From NCBI GenBank assembly GCA_048882045.1, contig JBHLRZ010000009.1:32384-96383 (forward strand): 64,000 bases of DNA. The letters are read 5' to 3'. The notes below the pieces were generated by a model. It saw only the letters and a list, made by a program, of their open reading frames with translations. It made no database searches and was not told where the DNA came from. Below, one piece after another: positions 47,585-58,038 of the stretch. The position numbers were made by a program, and so were the translations under genes. The DNA is from Candidatus Thorarchaeota archaeon (GTDB taxonomy: Archaea; Asgardarchaeota; Thorarchaeia; Thorarchaeales; Thorarchaeaceae). Each line of letters opens with the position of its first letter. Position 1 is the first letter of the stretch.

Positions 47585-48043
47585 TTGAAACTCAATCCGA
47601 TGGAAATGTACAATCTCCTTCCCAAGACCAACTGTAGACTCTGTGAGCCAAAGACATGCATGGCATTTGCAACAAAGCTTGCTCTCGGTGATGTCAATCC
47701 TGAGGACTGTCCACCTCTGCTAGAAGAAGGATTCGAAAAGAACCTCGAGAAGCTTAGAGAAATGGTGGCCCCTATGAAAACAGCGGAAGCCACTGGAATC
47801 AAGCTTGACGAGAGTCGATGCACTGGATGTGGAAATTGTGTTGTAGTATGCCCTGTGGATGTTGCAGCGGAGCCTGACACTGCAATAGGAAAAGCTGGAA
47901 AGAGTGGTGATACAGTGTTTCGGGTCGAGAATGGAGTTTCAAAAATCATCAACCTTGAAAAGTGCCGAAGGTTTCCTCCAGACAAATTGAATTGTCGTGT
48001 TTGTGAACAGTATTGCTGTACTAACGCAATTGAGATTTGGTAG
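47585..48043 (+). CDS. AcsC/RnfB-type FeS domain fused to FwdG-like ferredoxin
   Basis: LLPKTNCRLCEPKTCMAFA; CTGCGNCVVVCP; NCRVCEQYC. Confidence 0.8.
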   Translation: MKLNPMEMYNLLPKTNCRLCEPKTCMAFATKLALGDVNPEDCPPLLEEGFEKNLEKLREMVAPMKTAEATGIKLDESRCTGCGNCVVVCPVDVAAEPDTAIGKAGKSGDTVFRVENGVSKIINLEKCRRFPPDKLNCRVCEQYCCTNAIEIW

Positions 48044-49234
48044 GTGGTTTTGATGGAAGACATCGTATGCAGTGGTTGTTCATTGCTCTGTGATGATGTT
48101 GTCGCAGAAATAGATGGGAAAGATTTGAGATCTCTGGGTCTCTGTTTGCTGGGATACACACGTCTCAATGTCGCACTCAAGCAAAAAAAGACTGGTTCAG
48201 TGGACGACAAGCTAGTCAAAGCTGCAGAGGTCCTGTCATCAGCAGATAGGCTTCTCGTCTATGGATTCACGAATGTATCAAACGAGGCTGTAAAAGAGGG
48301 TATGGCTATTGCAAAGACCCTTGGTGCTCATTTTGATTCTGGAGCAAGTCTTGGTATGACACAGGCTATGAATCACAGCTTGCACTCATCAAAGCTTGAG
48401 GTAGATCTAGAATATGTAAGAAACAACGGCGAGCTAATCATCTATTGGGGCTCAGATCCAGCTGAGAGTGTCCATCGCCATCCAAGCAGATTTGCAGTTC
48501 TTCCAAGGGGTGATAAGATACCTGAAGGAGTCGAAAGTAGAACAATAGGTGTCGTTGATGTTCGAGAGACTGAAACCATGAAAATGGCCAATCATAGGAT
48601 GATACTACCAATCGGGTCCGATATCGAGTTCATTCAGGCACTCATTGGAGAGCTTGATGGAAGCGCATCCATCACTAGCCCCGTATTAGGAATACCAGCT
48701 GCAGAAGTCATCGGTCTGGTTAGCGGATTCAAGAAGGCCGACTGCACAGTCATCTTCTATGGAAGCGGTATTCTCAATTCTGGGAAGTCTGACGAAAACC
48801 TGTCTGCGATATCTCAGTTGGTGGAAACCATAAGAAAGACTGGGAAGGAAGCATATGCCTTACCGATGTATCCTGAATCCAATCTAATGGGAGTGATTAC
48901 CGCCTCCAAGAATATAGAGAATTCACTTCCAAAAATAATCGCGAATGATTACACCCATGTTTTGGTAGTAGGAGATGACCCGTTGATGACTCTTCCTGGT
49001 CCGGCAGCTAAAGCTCTTGCAAAATCAAAAATCGTCTATATAGGCCCGGAAGGAGGAGTGACTGATAAGAGAGCTCAGGTTTCTGTACATACCACAGACC
49101 TAATACTCCAAGGATCGGAGAAGATGACTAGACTAGACCAAGTCGAGATTGAATTCAAACCTTGGAAAGGAATTGAGAAGGCAAACACAACCCATGAGGT
49201 ATTGAAGAAGTTGCATAATCTAGTCAAGAAGTGA
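48044..49234 (+). CDS. FwdB-like protein (divergent)
   Basis: CSGCSLLCDD...CLLG, IYWGSDPAESVHRH, VDVRETET. Confidence 0.75.
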   Translation: MVLMEDIVCSGCSLLCDDVVAEIDGKDLRSLGLCLLGYTRLNVALKQKKTGSVDDKLVKAAEVLSSADRLLVYGFTNVSNEAVKEGMAIAKTLGAHFDSGASLGMTQAMNHSLHSSKLEVDLEYVRNNGELIIYWGSDPAESVHRHPSRFAVLPRGDKIPEGVESRTIGVVDVRETETMKMANHRMILPIGSDIEFIQALIGELDGSASITSPVLGIPAAEVIGLVSGFKKADCTVIFYGSGILNSGKSDENLSAISQLVETIRKTGKEAYALPMYPESNLMGVITASKNIENSLPKIIANDYTHVLVVGDDPLMTLPGPAAKALAKSKIVYIGPEGGVTDKRAQVSVHTTDLILQGSEKMTRLDQVEIEFKPWKGIEKANTTHEVLKKLHNLVKK

Positions 49235-49248
49235 CAGGTGAGAGGAAC

Positions 49249-50046
49249 ATGAAGATTGCTGTAGCAGGAAAAGGAGGAGTTGGTAAAACAACAGTTGCAG
49301 GTACTCTGGCAAGGTTGCTTGGAAGAGATGGTCTAAAGATTCTAGCAGTCGATGCAGATCCGAGTTACACACTTTGGTCAGCTTTGGGTATTCCTCCAGA
49401 TGTGGCCAAAAAGATAGTTCCACTGACGGAGAACGAAAAACTAGTTGAAGAACGACTTCAGATAGAGGGGGCTGGTTCATACAAACAGTTCTTCAAACTG
49501 AATCCTCGTGTGGACGACCTTGCTGAGATGTTTGCAGTGAAAGGTCCAGACAACGTCAGTCTTCTAGTAGCGGGCACGGTAGAGATAGGAGGGTCAGGAT
49601 GCATGTGTCCTTCAGCAACGCTTCTCAAATCACTCATGAGACACCTAATTCTCGGTACAGATGAAGCATTTGTGATGGATATGGATGCGGGAATAGAGAA
49701 TCTGGGTCGCGGTACTACAACGGGAATGGATGCGTTATTGGTTGTTGCAGAACCTGGGAGAAGATCTTTGGATATTCTCGCGAAGATTAAGAAGTTGGCT
49801 CAGGACATTGATGTTGGACGTGTCTTCGCAGTGGGAAACAAGTCTGCGACTCCTGAGGATGCAAAGATGATTCGAGATTGGGTAGATAATGAAAAAATTC
49901 CATTACTTGGTGTTGTACCATTGGATGAATCGATTAAGGAAGCGGACAGGAAAGGTGTTGCACCCATTGATCTAGATGCCAATTCTCCTGCGATGCGTGC
50001 AATTGTCGAGATAAAGCAGCGATTGGTAGAAGAAACGAGAAACTAG
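49249..50046 (+). CDS. cooC: CooC/AcsF nickel-insertion ATPase
   Basis: GKGGVGKTT, DADP, GCMCP, DMDAGIENLGRG. Confidence 0.9.
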   Translation: MKIAVAGKGGVGKTTVAGTLARLLGRDGLKILAVDADPSYTLWSALGIPPDVAKKIVPLTENEKLVEERLQIEGAGSYKQFFKLNPRVDDLAEMFAVKGPDNVSLLVAGTVEIGGSGCMCPSATLLKSLMRHLILGTDEAFVMDMDAGIENLGRGTTTGMDALLVVAEPGRRSLDILAKIKKLAQDIDVGRVFAVGNKSATPEDAKMIRDWVDNEKIPLLGVVPLDESIKEADRKGVAPIDLDANSPAMRAIVEIKQRLVEETRN

Positions 50047-50231
50047 TCTTTGTCAAACATACTTACATTTTGAAAGATTAAAAAGCGCATAAATTACAAA
50101 TTAAAACACATGACAAGGCAGGGCTAACGATTTGGCTCCTATAGCCCGGACACAAAAACATGTGTGAGTCACAACCTTATTATGGACATATGTTTTGGGC
50201 CTCGTCACCACGCACAGGAACTGAATTCAGT

Positions 50232-52577
50232 ATGAAGAAGAAAGCTTACTTCAGAGCGGATGAAGCGGACACTGGGCTTGGGAAGTTCAAAGGACTTGAG
50301 GTTCGAATCGGCACGATTGTTGACGATGAGTGGGACGAACCTATGGGTCCGACTCCTATGCCGGGTCCAACAACTCTCCGTTCATGGGATCATAAACTTT
50401 TGACGAAATACCAGCCATCATACATGCCTTATTGTCAGGTATGCTGTCTCTGCACAATGGGAAAGTGTGACTTATCTGGGAAAAAAAGAGGTGCTTGTGG
50501 ACTTGACATGAAGGGTCAGCAAGGCAGGATTGTACTAGCTGCAGCTAATATAGGAACAGCAGCACATCTGGCACACTCACGACATCTCATAGATCATCTT
50601 ATCGAAGAATATGGACCACGGACCAAGCTTATACAGGGTCCGGGTACCGAGATCCATGCTCCGATATCTCGACTAATCACAGGGATGCGTCCACGAACAT
50701 TAGAAGATGCGAGTATCATCATAGACTACTGCGAGTCACAATTGGCTCATGGGCTGTCAGCAACTGCTACAGGTCAAGAAGGTAGCTGGCTGGACTTTGA
50801 AAGCAAGGTCTTCCATATGGGGATGATTGATCACCTAGCATTAGAAATAGCGGATATCGCTCAGGTTTCTACCTTAGGGATGCCTCAGGCGGATCCAGAT
50901 GCACCTCTGGTCGAAGCTGGTCTTGGGATGATAGATCAAAATAAGGCTGTGATTCTGACAATTGGACACAATATCATACCTGCAGCTGCAATCACTGACT
51001 ACATCACTGAGAAGAGAATTGGTGATCAAGTGGAGGTTGGTGGTATATGTTGTACTGCTTGGGATATTACTAGACGAGACCCGAAAGCAAAGGTAATCGG
51101 TCCTATTTCTTGGCAGCTTAGATTCATCCGAAGTGGAAGAGCTGATGTCGTCGTCGTAGATGAACAGTGTGTCCGGACTAATGTCGTAGAAGAAGCTCAG
51201 AAAGTCATGTCACCCGTAATCTCAACGAGTGACAAGGCAGTCATGGGACTTCCAGATAGATCTGACGACACTGCTGATGATATAGTCAAAGAGCTAGTGT
51301 CAGGTAAGATTCCCGGATGTTACATTTCAGATGAGAACCTTGTAGGTGAAGTTGCTGCGAAGGTAGCATTGGAGATGAATCCAATTCGCAGGAAGAAGAA
51401 ATTCCTACCGAGTAAGAAGCAAATCCAAAAGATGGCTGAAGACTGCAAGAAATGTATGGAATGCGTCAGGGCTTGTCCTAATGACCAGAACGTACAGGAG
51501 GCAGTTCTAGCAGCACAGACTGGCAACTTGGAACCACTCCGAGAAATCTATCACAACTGTATTGGATGTGCACGTTGTGAGTCAGCGTGTCCCAATGATT
51601 ATGACCTCCATAGCTGGATGGTTACCGCGGCAAAGGACGATTGTGATAATGAAGCATACATGGTTCGGACTGGTAGAGGAGCGGTTCAAGACACAGAAAT
51701 TCGACGTGTTGGACAACCAATCGTCTTTGGTGAGATTCCAGGAGTGATTGCACACGTTGGTTGTGCTAACTACCCAGGAGGTGGCCAAGATGTTCATGAT
51801 ATGGCCGAGGAGTTTGCGAAACGTCGATTCATCATTGTAACATCTGGTTGTGCTGCTATGTCTGCAGGTGCAGTCAAGGATGAGAATGGCCAATCAATTT
51901 ATGAACGCCGCAGTGGTGACTTTGACGCGGGAAGCGTGGTTAATGTAGGATCCTGTGTCGCGAACTCGCACATTGCCGGCGCAGCAATCAAGATAGCAGC
52001 AATCTTTGCGAAGAGGAATCTGCGTGGGAATTATGCAGAGATTGCAGATTATATCCACAATCGTGTTGGAGCTGTTGGAGTATCTTGGGGTGCAATGTCA
52101 CAGAAAGCAGCTGCGATTGCAGCGGGATTCTGGAGACTTGGTGTACCAGTAATTGTTGGCCCACATGGCTCGAAGTATCGAAGAATGCTACTTGGACGGG
52201 TGGACAACGAAAGAGACTGGAAAGTCTGGGATGCTCGTACAGGAGAAAGAATGGATACAGCACCAGGACCAGAGCACCTATTCTATGCAGCTGAAACCAA
52301 AGAAGAAGCCATTGTCCTGACAGCCAAACTTTGCATAAGACCAAATGATACAGGGAAGGGTCGTTCAATCAAGCTAAGTCATTATGTTGACCTTCATGAA
52401 ACATACATGGGATACTTCCCAGATGATGTGTGGAAATACATCCGAAGGGATACTGATATCCCAATCACTCTAAAGGACAAAATTTTAGCACAGATGAAGG
52501 AAAACAACTGGAAAGAGCGGCCGATACCAGATCCAACACTACTGAAAGAGCAGATCTATCAGGGAGGTGATGCATGA
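50232..52577 (+). CDS. cdhA: CODH/ACS alpha subunit (start probably ATG 50232)
   Basis: WDEPMGPTP, CQVCCLCTMGKC, GICCT, two ferredoxin motifs, GCANY, GSCVAN, GAMSQKA. Confidence 0.95.
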   Translation: MKKKAYFRADEADTGLGKFKGLEVRIGTIVDDEWDEPMGPTPMPGPTTLRSWDHKLLTKYQPSYMPYCQVCCLCTMGKCDLSGKKRGACGLDMKGQQGRIVLAAANIGTAAHLAHSRHLIDHLIEEYGPRTKLIQGPGTEIHAPISRLITGMRPRTLEDASIIIDYCESQLAHGLSATATGQEGSWLDFESKVFHMGMIDHLALEIADIAQVSTLGMPQADPDAPLVEAGLGMIDQNKAVILTIGHNIIPAAAITDYITEKRIGDQVEVGGICCTAWDITRRDPKAKVIGPISWQLRFIRSGRADVVVVDEQCVRTNVVEEAQKVMSPVISTSDKAVMGLPDRSDDTADDIVKELVSGKIPGCYISDENLVGEVAAKVALEMNPIRRKKKFLPSKKQIQKMAEDCKKCMECVRACPNDQNVQEAVLAAQTGNLEPLREIYHNCIGCARCESACPNDYDLHSWMVTAAKDDCDNEAYMVRTGRGAVQDTEIRRVGQPIVFGEIPGVIAHVGCANYPGGGQDVHDMAEEFAKRRFIIVTSGCAAMSAGAVKDENGQSIYERRSGDFDAGSVVNVGSCVANSHIAGAAIKIAAIFAKRNLRGNYAEIADYIHNRVGAVGVSWGAMSQKAAAIAAGFWRLGVPVIVGPHGSKYRRMLLGRVDNERDWKVWDARTGERMDTAPGPEHLFYAAETKEEAIVLTAKLCIRPNDTGKGRSIKLSHYVDLHETYMGYFPDDVWKYIRRDTDIPITLKDKILAQMKENNWKERPIPDPTLLKEQIYQGGDA

Positions 52578-53128
52578 TGGTCATGAAACCTGTTCCCTGG
52601 CAGACTGGAGAAATCTGTGGTCCTGACAGTGCTAAATCTCTGACAAAGGCTGCTCAGATTCAGAGAGACCTGAAGAATTGCAAGAAACCATTACTAATCA
52701 TTGGATCCGAAGCGTTGACCGAAAAGTACGGAAAGGGAACAATGATTGACTATGCGATTTCCCTAGCGGAAGCAGGAAAGATGCCTATTGTTGCAACTGG
52801 CGCATCCATTAAGGCCTTTGTCGATAAGGGCTTCAAGAGGGCAAAGGGCATGGGTGCAATGGAAATTGCATTCTATCTTCAAGATGAAGATTGGAAAGGA
52901 CCCTTCGGAGATGGTCCGCATGACATGATTCTGACATATGGGATTCCATACTATATGCAATGGACTCTCTTGTCTGGAACCATGAACTTTGCGCCACATT
53001 TGACTGCTATTGCATTAGGCAGACATTATCAGCCACACGCAAAGTGGTCATTCCCTAACATGAAAGAGAAACAGTGGCATTCTGTGCTGAATGAAATACT
53101 TGAGTTGTTTGGAGGAGGTGGAAAGTAG
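52574..53128 (+). CDS. cdhB: CODH/ACS epsilon subunit
   Basis: KKPLLIIG, WKG...GIPYY, YQPHAKWSFPN; position after cdhA. Confidence 0.9.
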   Translation: MMVMKPVPWQTGEICGPDSAKSLTKAAQIQRDLKNCKKPLLIIGSEALTEKYGKGTMIDYAISLAEAGKMPIVATGASIKAFVDKGFKRAKGMGAMEIAFYLQDEDWKGPFGDGPHDMILTYGIPYYMQWTLLSGTMNFAPHLTAIALGRHYQPHAKWSFPNMKEKQWHSVLNEILELFGGGGK

Positions 53129-53129
53129 A

Positions 53130-54536
53130 TTGTCATTTGAAGACATACCAGTAGATATTGGTGTAGTATACGAAGGCGAAAGAGTGCGCGGCAAGGATAT
53201 GTTTGTCGAGCTTGGTGGACCAAAGATGGAGCAAAAGTTCGAACTTGCACTCGCCCGAGACATGGGTGATATCGAGGATGAAAAGATTGACATAATTGGT
53301 CCAGACCTGAAAGATATGGAGGAAGGTAGTTACGTTCCTCTGGGAATTGTGGTGGAAGTCGCAGGTAAGGAGATTGAACCAGACCTCGAGGGAGTCATTG
53401 AGAGACGTATCCATGAGTACGTAAACTTCGTTGAGGGCATGATGCACCTGAACCAGCGCTACGACATTTGGATTCGGCTTAGTAAGAAATCCTTTGAGAA
53501 AGGTTTCAACTCATTCGAGTATCTGGGTAAAGTATTGATACGACTTTTCAAGAGCGAGATGAACATCATTGAAAAAATCCAGGTGACCTTCATCACCGAT
53601 CCAGCTAAGTTAGCTGAACGCTACGATGAAGCAATCAACAGATACAATGAACGCGACGCACGTGCTAGAGGTCTTAGTGATGCAGATGTAGACACCTTCT
53701 ATGGATGTTCACTCTGCCAGTCTTTCGCACCAACTCACGTGTGTACTATCACACCTCAGAGATACGCAAATTGTGGGGCCATTAGCTGGTTTGATGGCCG
53801 TGCTGCGGCTCGGGTCGATCCAAAAGGTCCGCTCTATGCAATTCCAAAAGGTGATACTATTGATGAGTTCAGGGGAGAGTACACTGGTGTTAACCAAGCT
53901 TACACAGAGAAATCTCTAGGCAAGGTAAATACAGTCGCACTCTACAGTGCCTTTGAGAAGCCACATACTAGCTGTGGATGTTTCGAGGCAATTGCATTTG
54001 TCATTCCCGAGGTAGATGGACTTGGCGTTGTCCACAGAGACTTCAAGGGTGACACAGTAAACGGATTGCCATTCTCAAGCATGGCGGACTCTACTGCTGG
54101 GGGTCGTCAGATACCCGGTTTCCACGGGCTCTCTATTGAGTATATGAGATCACCAAAGTTCCTGCAGGTTGATGGAGGCTGGGAGAGAATAGTTTGGCTT
54201 CCTGAATCTATCAAGGAACGTGTTTACGAGTTCATACCTGAGGATGTCCGTGACAAGATCCCAACTGAAACAGATGTGATGAGCATTGATGACCTCAGGG
54301 CGTACCTCAAACAGAAGGACCATCCTGTGGCAGAGCGGTGGGTTGACCTTGAGGAGGATCTGGATGAAGTGACAGATGTCACTCCCGCTGAAGGGGACTA
54401 TATGCCTGTGCCAGGAGAGATGACTGCAATGGTAGGCGGTGTAAGTGGCGGACTTGAGATTGTCTTCAAGAATGCCAAGATCTATGCAGAGAAGGTCATA
54501 ATCCGACGAACAGATAAAGGTGACAAGAAGAAATGA
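53130..54536 (+). CDS. cdhC: Acetyl-CoA synthase beta subunit (start TTG 53130)
   Basis: GGAGGTG Shine-Dalgarno; YEGERVR, CSLCQSFAPTHVC, HTSCGCFE, DGGWERIVW. Confidence 0.95.
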   Translation: MSFEDIPVDIGVVYEGERVRGKDMFVELGGPKMEQKFELALARDMGDIEDEKIDIIGPDLKDMEEGSYVPLGIVVEVAGKEIEPDLEGVIERRIHEYVNFVEGMMHLNQRYDIWIRLSKKSFEKGFNSFEYLGKVLIRLFKSEMNIIEKIQVTFITDPAKLAERYDEAINRYNERDARARGLSDADVDTFYGCSLCQSFAPTHVCTITPQRYANCGAISWFDGRAAARVDPKGPLYAIPKGDTIDEFRGEYTGVNQAYTEKSLGKVNTVALYSAFEKPHTSCGCFEAIAFVIPEVDGLGVVHRDFKGDTVNGLPFSSMADSTAGGRQIPGFHGLSIEYMRSPKFLQVDGGWERIVWLPESIKERVYEFIPEDVRDKIPTETDVMSIDDLRAYLKQKDHPVAERWVDLEEDLDEVTDVTPAEGDYMPVPGEMTAMVGGVSGGLEIVFKNAKIYAEKVIIRRTDKGDKKK

Positions 54537-55723
54537 CAACTGACAAGGAGAAATCTGGAACAACCTCGCTGGATGATATGTTTGGCGATTTTGCAGAGCT
54601 GGTCCTTGAAAATGTCACGATTGAGCTCGATGAACTGAGACTGGCTCTGCGACCAGCAGTCCAGCGGATGGCAAGGGCAGCGACCCAACAGGCTCTTTCC
54701 TTGCCCAAGTCACTCATCGCCTCGTCTTTTGATACCCCGCTTGGAGAATATTCTCAAGCTATTCAAGAGATCACCCTAGGAGCGACGAAAGGACAGGGTG
54801 GTTCACGTGGGAAGACTGTCACAATTGGAGGACATACTGCACCTGCATGGGATCTGTTTCAGGCCCCTCCGAAACATCCTCCAATCGTTGCAGCTGACGT
54901 CTTTGATATGCCTATATCATTGGCCAAGGCTGTGAAGACACATTACAAAGAAGTCCTTGATGACCCTGCTGAGTGGGCTAAGCTTGTTGTAGACAAGTTC
55001 GGAGCAGATGTAGTTACTTTACATCTCATCAGCACTGATCGTCAACTTGGAGACACATCACCTAATGATGCAGCGAAGACTATCGAAGAAGTCCTTCAGG
55101 CAGTAAAAGTGCCAATCCTGATTGGTTCAGCGGGAGACCCTGAGAAAGATGGACCAGTTCTAGCTAAGGCAGCAGAGGTCTGTGAGGGAGAGAGAACACT
55201 CCTTTGTTCAGCAACTGTCGATGTCTATGAGCCAATCGCAGAAGCTGCAAAGAGGCACGACCAAGTTGTACTTTCATGGACTTCGATTGACATCAATCAA
55301 CAGAAAGAACTCAATCGAAGACTGTTCGAGTGGCTGACACCAGAACAGATTGTTATCGATCCTACGACTGCGGCTTTAGGATACGGTCTCGAATACGCCT
55401 TTACAATCATGCAGAGAATGCGCCTAGGTGGTCTACTCGGTGATGATGAGCTCAGATTTCCAATCAGCTCAGGTACAACAAATGCATGGGCTGCGAGAGA
55501 GGCTTGGTTAAAGGATCCAGCCCTTGGTCCACGTGAACTACGTGGTCCCATCTGGGAGAGTGTCACAGCTCTGGCTCTTATGCTAGCAGGAAACGATCTC
55601 TTCATGATGATGCATCCTGCAGCCATCAAGACAGTTCATGACTTAGTAGATTGGATGAAAGAGGCACGGAAGATTGATGAATTCCCTGATTGGACAACAA
55701 TGTCTATACCGGAGGGGGTCTAA
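54533..55723 (+). CDS. cdhD: Corrinoid FeS protein small (delta) subunit
   Basis: DPTTAALGYGLEY, NAWAAREAW, MMMHP. Confidence 0.93.
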   Translation: MTTDKEKSGTTSLDDMFGDFAELVLENVTIELDELRLALRPAVQRMARAATQQALSLPKSLIASSFDTPLGEYSQAIQEITLGATKGQGGSRGKTVTIGGHTAPAWDLFQAPPKHPPIVAADVFDMPISLAKAVKTHYKEVLDDPAEWAKLVVDKFGADVVTLHLISTDRQLGDTSPNDAAKTIEEVLQAVKVPILIGSAGDPEKDGPVLAKAAEVCEGERTLLCSATVDVYEPIAEAAKRHDQVVLSWTSIDINQQKELNRRLFEWLTPEQIVIDPTTAALGYGLEYAFTIMQRMRLGGLLGDDELRFPISSGTTNAWAAREAWLKDPALGPRELRGPIWESVTALALMLAGNDLFMMMHPAAIKTVHDLVDWMKEARKIDEFPDWTTMSIPEGV

Positions 55724-57138
55724 TGGCAAAACTACCAGGTCCACTAGAGATCTATCCCCTTCTTCCGGGCACGAACTGCCAAGATTGCGGAGAAGCGAAC
55801 TGCATGGCTTTTGCTACTAAAATGGCTGAACACACTGTGAAGCTGCGCGCATGCACACCCCTCTATGAAGACCCAAAGTACGCGAAGAAACTGGTGAAGC
55901 TGGAAGAACTCGTCACACCTCCTGTGAGAGAAGTCACAATAGGAGTTGGTGAGTTTGCTGCAAGTATAGGAGCCAAGCTGGTTCTGTATAGACACGACCT
56001 TCGATACACGAATCCAACTTCATTCTTCCTAGATATTGCTGACAACCTAGAAGCTGATGCATTCGCTGCCCGAGTCAAAGAGATCGAGAATTGGAGCTAC
56101 ACCTACATCGGTACTGCTCTACGACTAGATGGTATTGCTCTAAGAGGGGTTTCACAAGATCCACAAACATTTGCTAAGGCTGCTAAGAAATTAACAGAGA
56201 TATCCAAATGGCCAATTATTCTGTGTTCACTAGATCCAGCCATGTTGGCAGCGGGTGCGAACGCTATTGCAGATAAACGCCCGCTTCTCTACGCAGCCAC
56301 AATGGACACATGGTCAGAGGTCGGAGATATTGCTGTTAAGCACGATCTCCCACTTGTCGCATACGCACCAGGTAGTCTTGCCAATCTTTCAACCTTGACA
56401 AACACTCTTCGTGCGATGGGGCTCAAAGACTTAGTCCTTGATCCTGGAACAGCTTCAAAAACAGGTCTTGGAACAACAGTCGATAACTTCACACAACTCC
56501 GACGTTCAGCAATCACAAAGGAGAACGAACTTCTTGGGTATCCTCTTCTTTCAGCACCAATTACTGTATGGGCAGACTATCGAGAAGGTGAGGCTCCTGA
56601 ACTGACTAAGTGGGACGAAGTCCTTACTGCAGCAGCGATGATTGTCAGATATTCTGACTTGCTCATCCTTCACAGTGCAGACATGTGGACAAATCTACCT
56701 CTAACATTCCTGAGAAGCAACCTCTACACAGATCCCGTGAAACCAGTTGCAGTTGAAGCCGGTCTCATGGAGTTTGGTGATGTCGGACCCGACTCGCCAG
56801 TCATGTATACAACTAACTTCGCACTGACCTACTTCACTGTTGAGAGTGACATAAAGCAAGCAGGATCAACAGCGTATCTCGTTGTAATTGACACTGAAGG
56901 AATGAGTGTCCAGTCTGCAGTGGCTGGACGAAAGCTGACCGCAGAAAAGGTTGCAGAAACCCTCGAAGAAACTGGTATCGCAGACAAAGTGAACCATAAG
57001 ATTCTCATCAGCCCAGGAATGGCCGCAAGAATAAGTGGCGAAACTGAGGAGGCGAGTGGTTGGACTATCAAGGTCGGACCAAAGGACTCGAGTGGAATTG
57101 GTAAGTATCTGCAGGAAGGCAAGTGGAAAGACGAATAA
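55723..57138 (+). CDS. cdhE: Corrinoid FeS protein large (gamma) subunit
   Basis: LPGTNCQDCGEANCMAFA, YTDP.KP, TTNFALTY, VGPKDSS. Confidence 0.94.
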   Translation: MAKLPGPLEIYPLLPGTNCQDCGEANCMAFATKMAEHTVKLRACTPLYEDPKYAKKLVKLEELVTPPVREVTIGVGEFAASIGAKLVLYRHDLRYTNPTSFFLDIADNLEADAFAARVKEIENWSYTYIGTALRLDGIALRGVSQDPQTFAKAAKKLTEISKWPIILCSLDPAMLAAGANAIADKRPLLYAATMDTWSEVGDIAVKHDLPLVAYAPGSLANLSTLTNTLRAMGLKDLVLDPGTASKTGLGTTVDNFTQLRRSAITKENELLGYPLLSAPITVWADYREGEAPELTKWDEVLTAAAMIVRYSDLLILHSADMWTNLPLTFLRSNLYTDPVKPVAVEAGLMEFGDVGPDSPVMYTTNFALTYFTVESDIKQAGSTAYLVVIDTEGMSVQSAVAGRKLTAEKVAETLEETGIADKVNHKILISPGMAARISGETEEASGWTIKVGPKDSSGIGKYLQEGKWKDE

Positions 57139-57187
57139 CTGCTACATCCCAACCTTGATGTTAGGAAATGCATAGGGAGAGAATAGT

Positions 57188-57997
57188 ATGAGAGAACGAC
57201 TAGTAGTATCTGTAGCTGGCAAAGGTGGTGTTGGCAAGACTACAACATCCGCCCTGCTCTCAAGAGCGGTTATAGAGTTGACAAAAAGAAGTCTTCTAGT
57301 AGTTGACGCAGACCCAGTCATGAATCTCCCTCGTGCTCTAGGCGTGGAGGTACCAATGTCAGTCGGTGCAATAGCAACACGGCTTCGTAAGAGTATTGAC
57401 GAGGGCTCCTTGGGTGGAGAGGTTGCGAAGCAAGACATCCTAGAAGGAGAGATCTTCGAATCTCTAATTGAAACTGAGAAATTTGACTTCTTGGCAATGG
57501 GACGTACAGAAGGAGAAGGTTGCTATTGTTATGTCAACCGTTTGCTCACTCAAATCCTTGACACTCTGAGTAAGAACTATGAACTCACTCTAATGGACAT
57601 GAGTGCAGGACTCGAACATCTGAGTCGCAGGACCAATCGTAATGTGGATGTACTTGTGATTGTTCTTGATCCCTCACGAGCAGCATTTGAAGCGGCTATC
57701 AGAATCAGAGATCTGGCAAAAGAGGTGCACATCGACTTCAAGAAGATCGTTGTCATTGGAAACAGATTCCCTGATGGAATGGAGGAAGAACTCAGAAAGA
57801 GGCTAGAAGAAGTAGATCTTCACCTGATTGGATTGATTCCAAATGACGATGAGCTTTCAAAGGCAAACTACTTGGGCAAACCTCTGACAGAGTTACCAAA
57901 TGATAATCCTGCTGTAAAGGCAGTTGAGGAAATCGCAGAAAAACTGGGTCTTCTCAGTGAAGCAACGATGTTGAAGCTTCTTGGAAAGAACCCATAG
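57188..57997 (+). CDS. cooC: CooC/AcsF nickel-insertion ATPase (second copy)
   Basis: GKGGVGKTT, EGCYCYVN, AGLEHLSRR. Confidence 0.9.
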   Translation: MRERLVVSVAGKGGVGKTTTSALLSRAVIELTKRSLLVVDADPVMNLPRALGVEVPMSVGAIATRLRKSIDEGSLGGEVAKQDILEGEIFESLIETEKFDFLAMGRTEGEGCYCYVNRLLTQILDTLSKNYELTLMDMSAGLEHLSRRTNRNVDVLVIVLDPSRAAFEAAIRIRDLAKEVHIDFKKIVVIGNRFPDGMEEELRKRLEEVDLHLIGLIPNDDELSKANYLGKPLTELPNDNPAVKAVEEIAEKLGLLSEATMLKLLGKNP

Positions 57998-58038
57998 AGT
58001 CTTGAGGAACATTTACAGAAAGTAAGAAAAGGTGTGTC

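Noticed and set aside
47548-48219. 223-aa minus-strand ORF and many similar short antisense ORFs in the track
   Set aside because: They lie antisense to well-supported genes and show no recognisable motifs.
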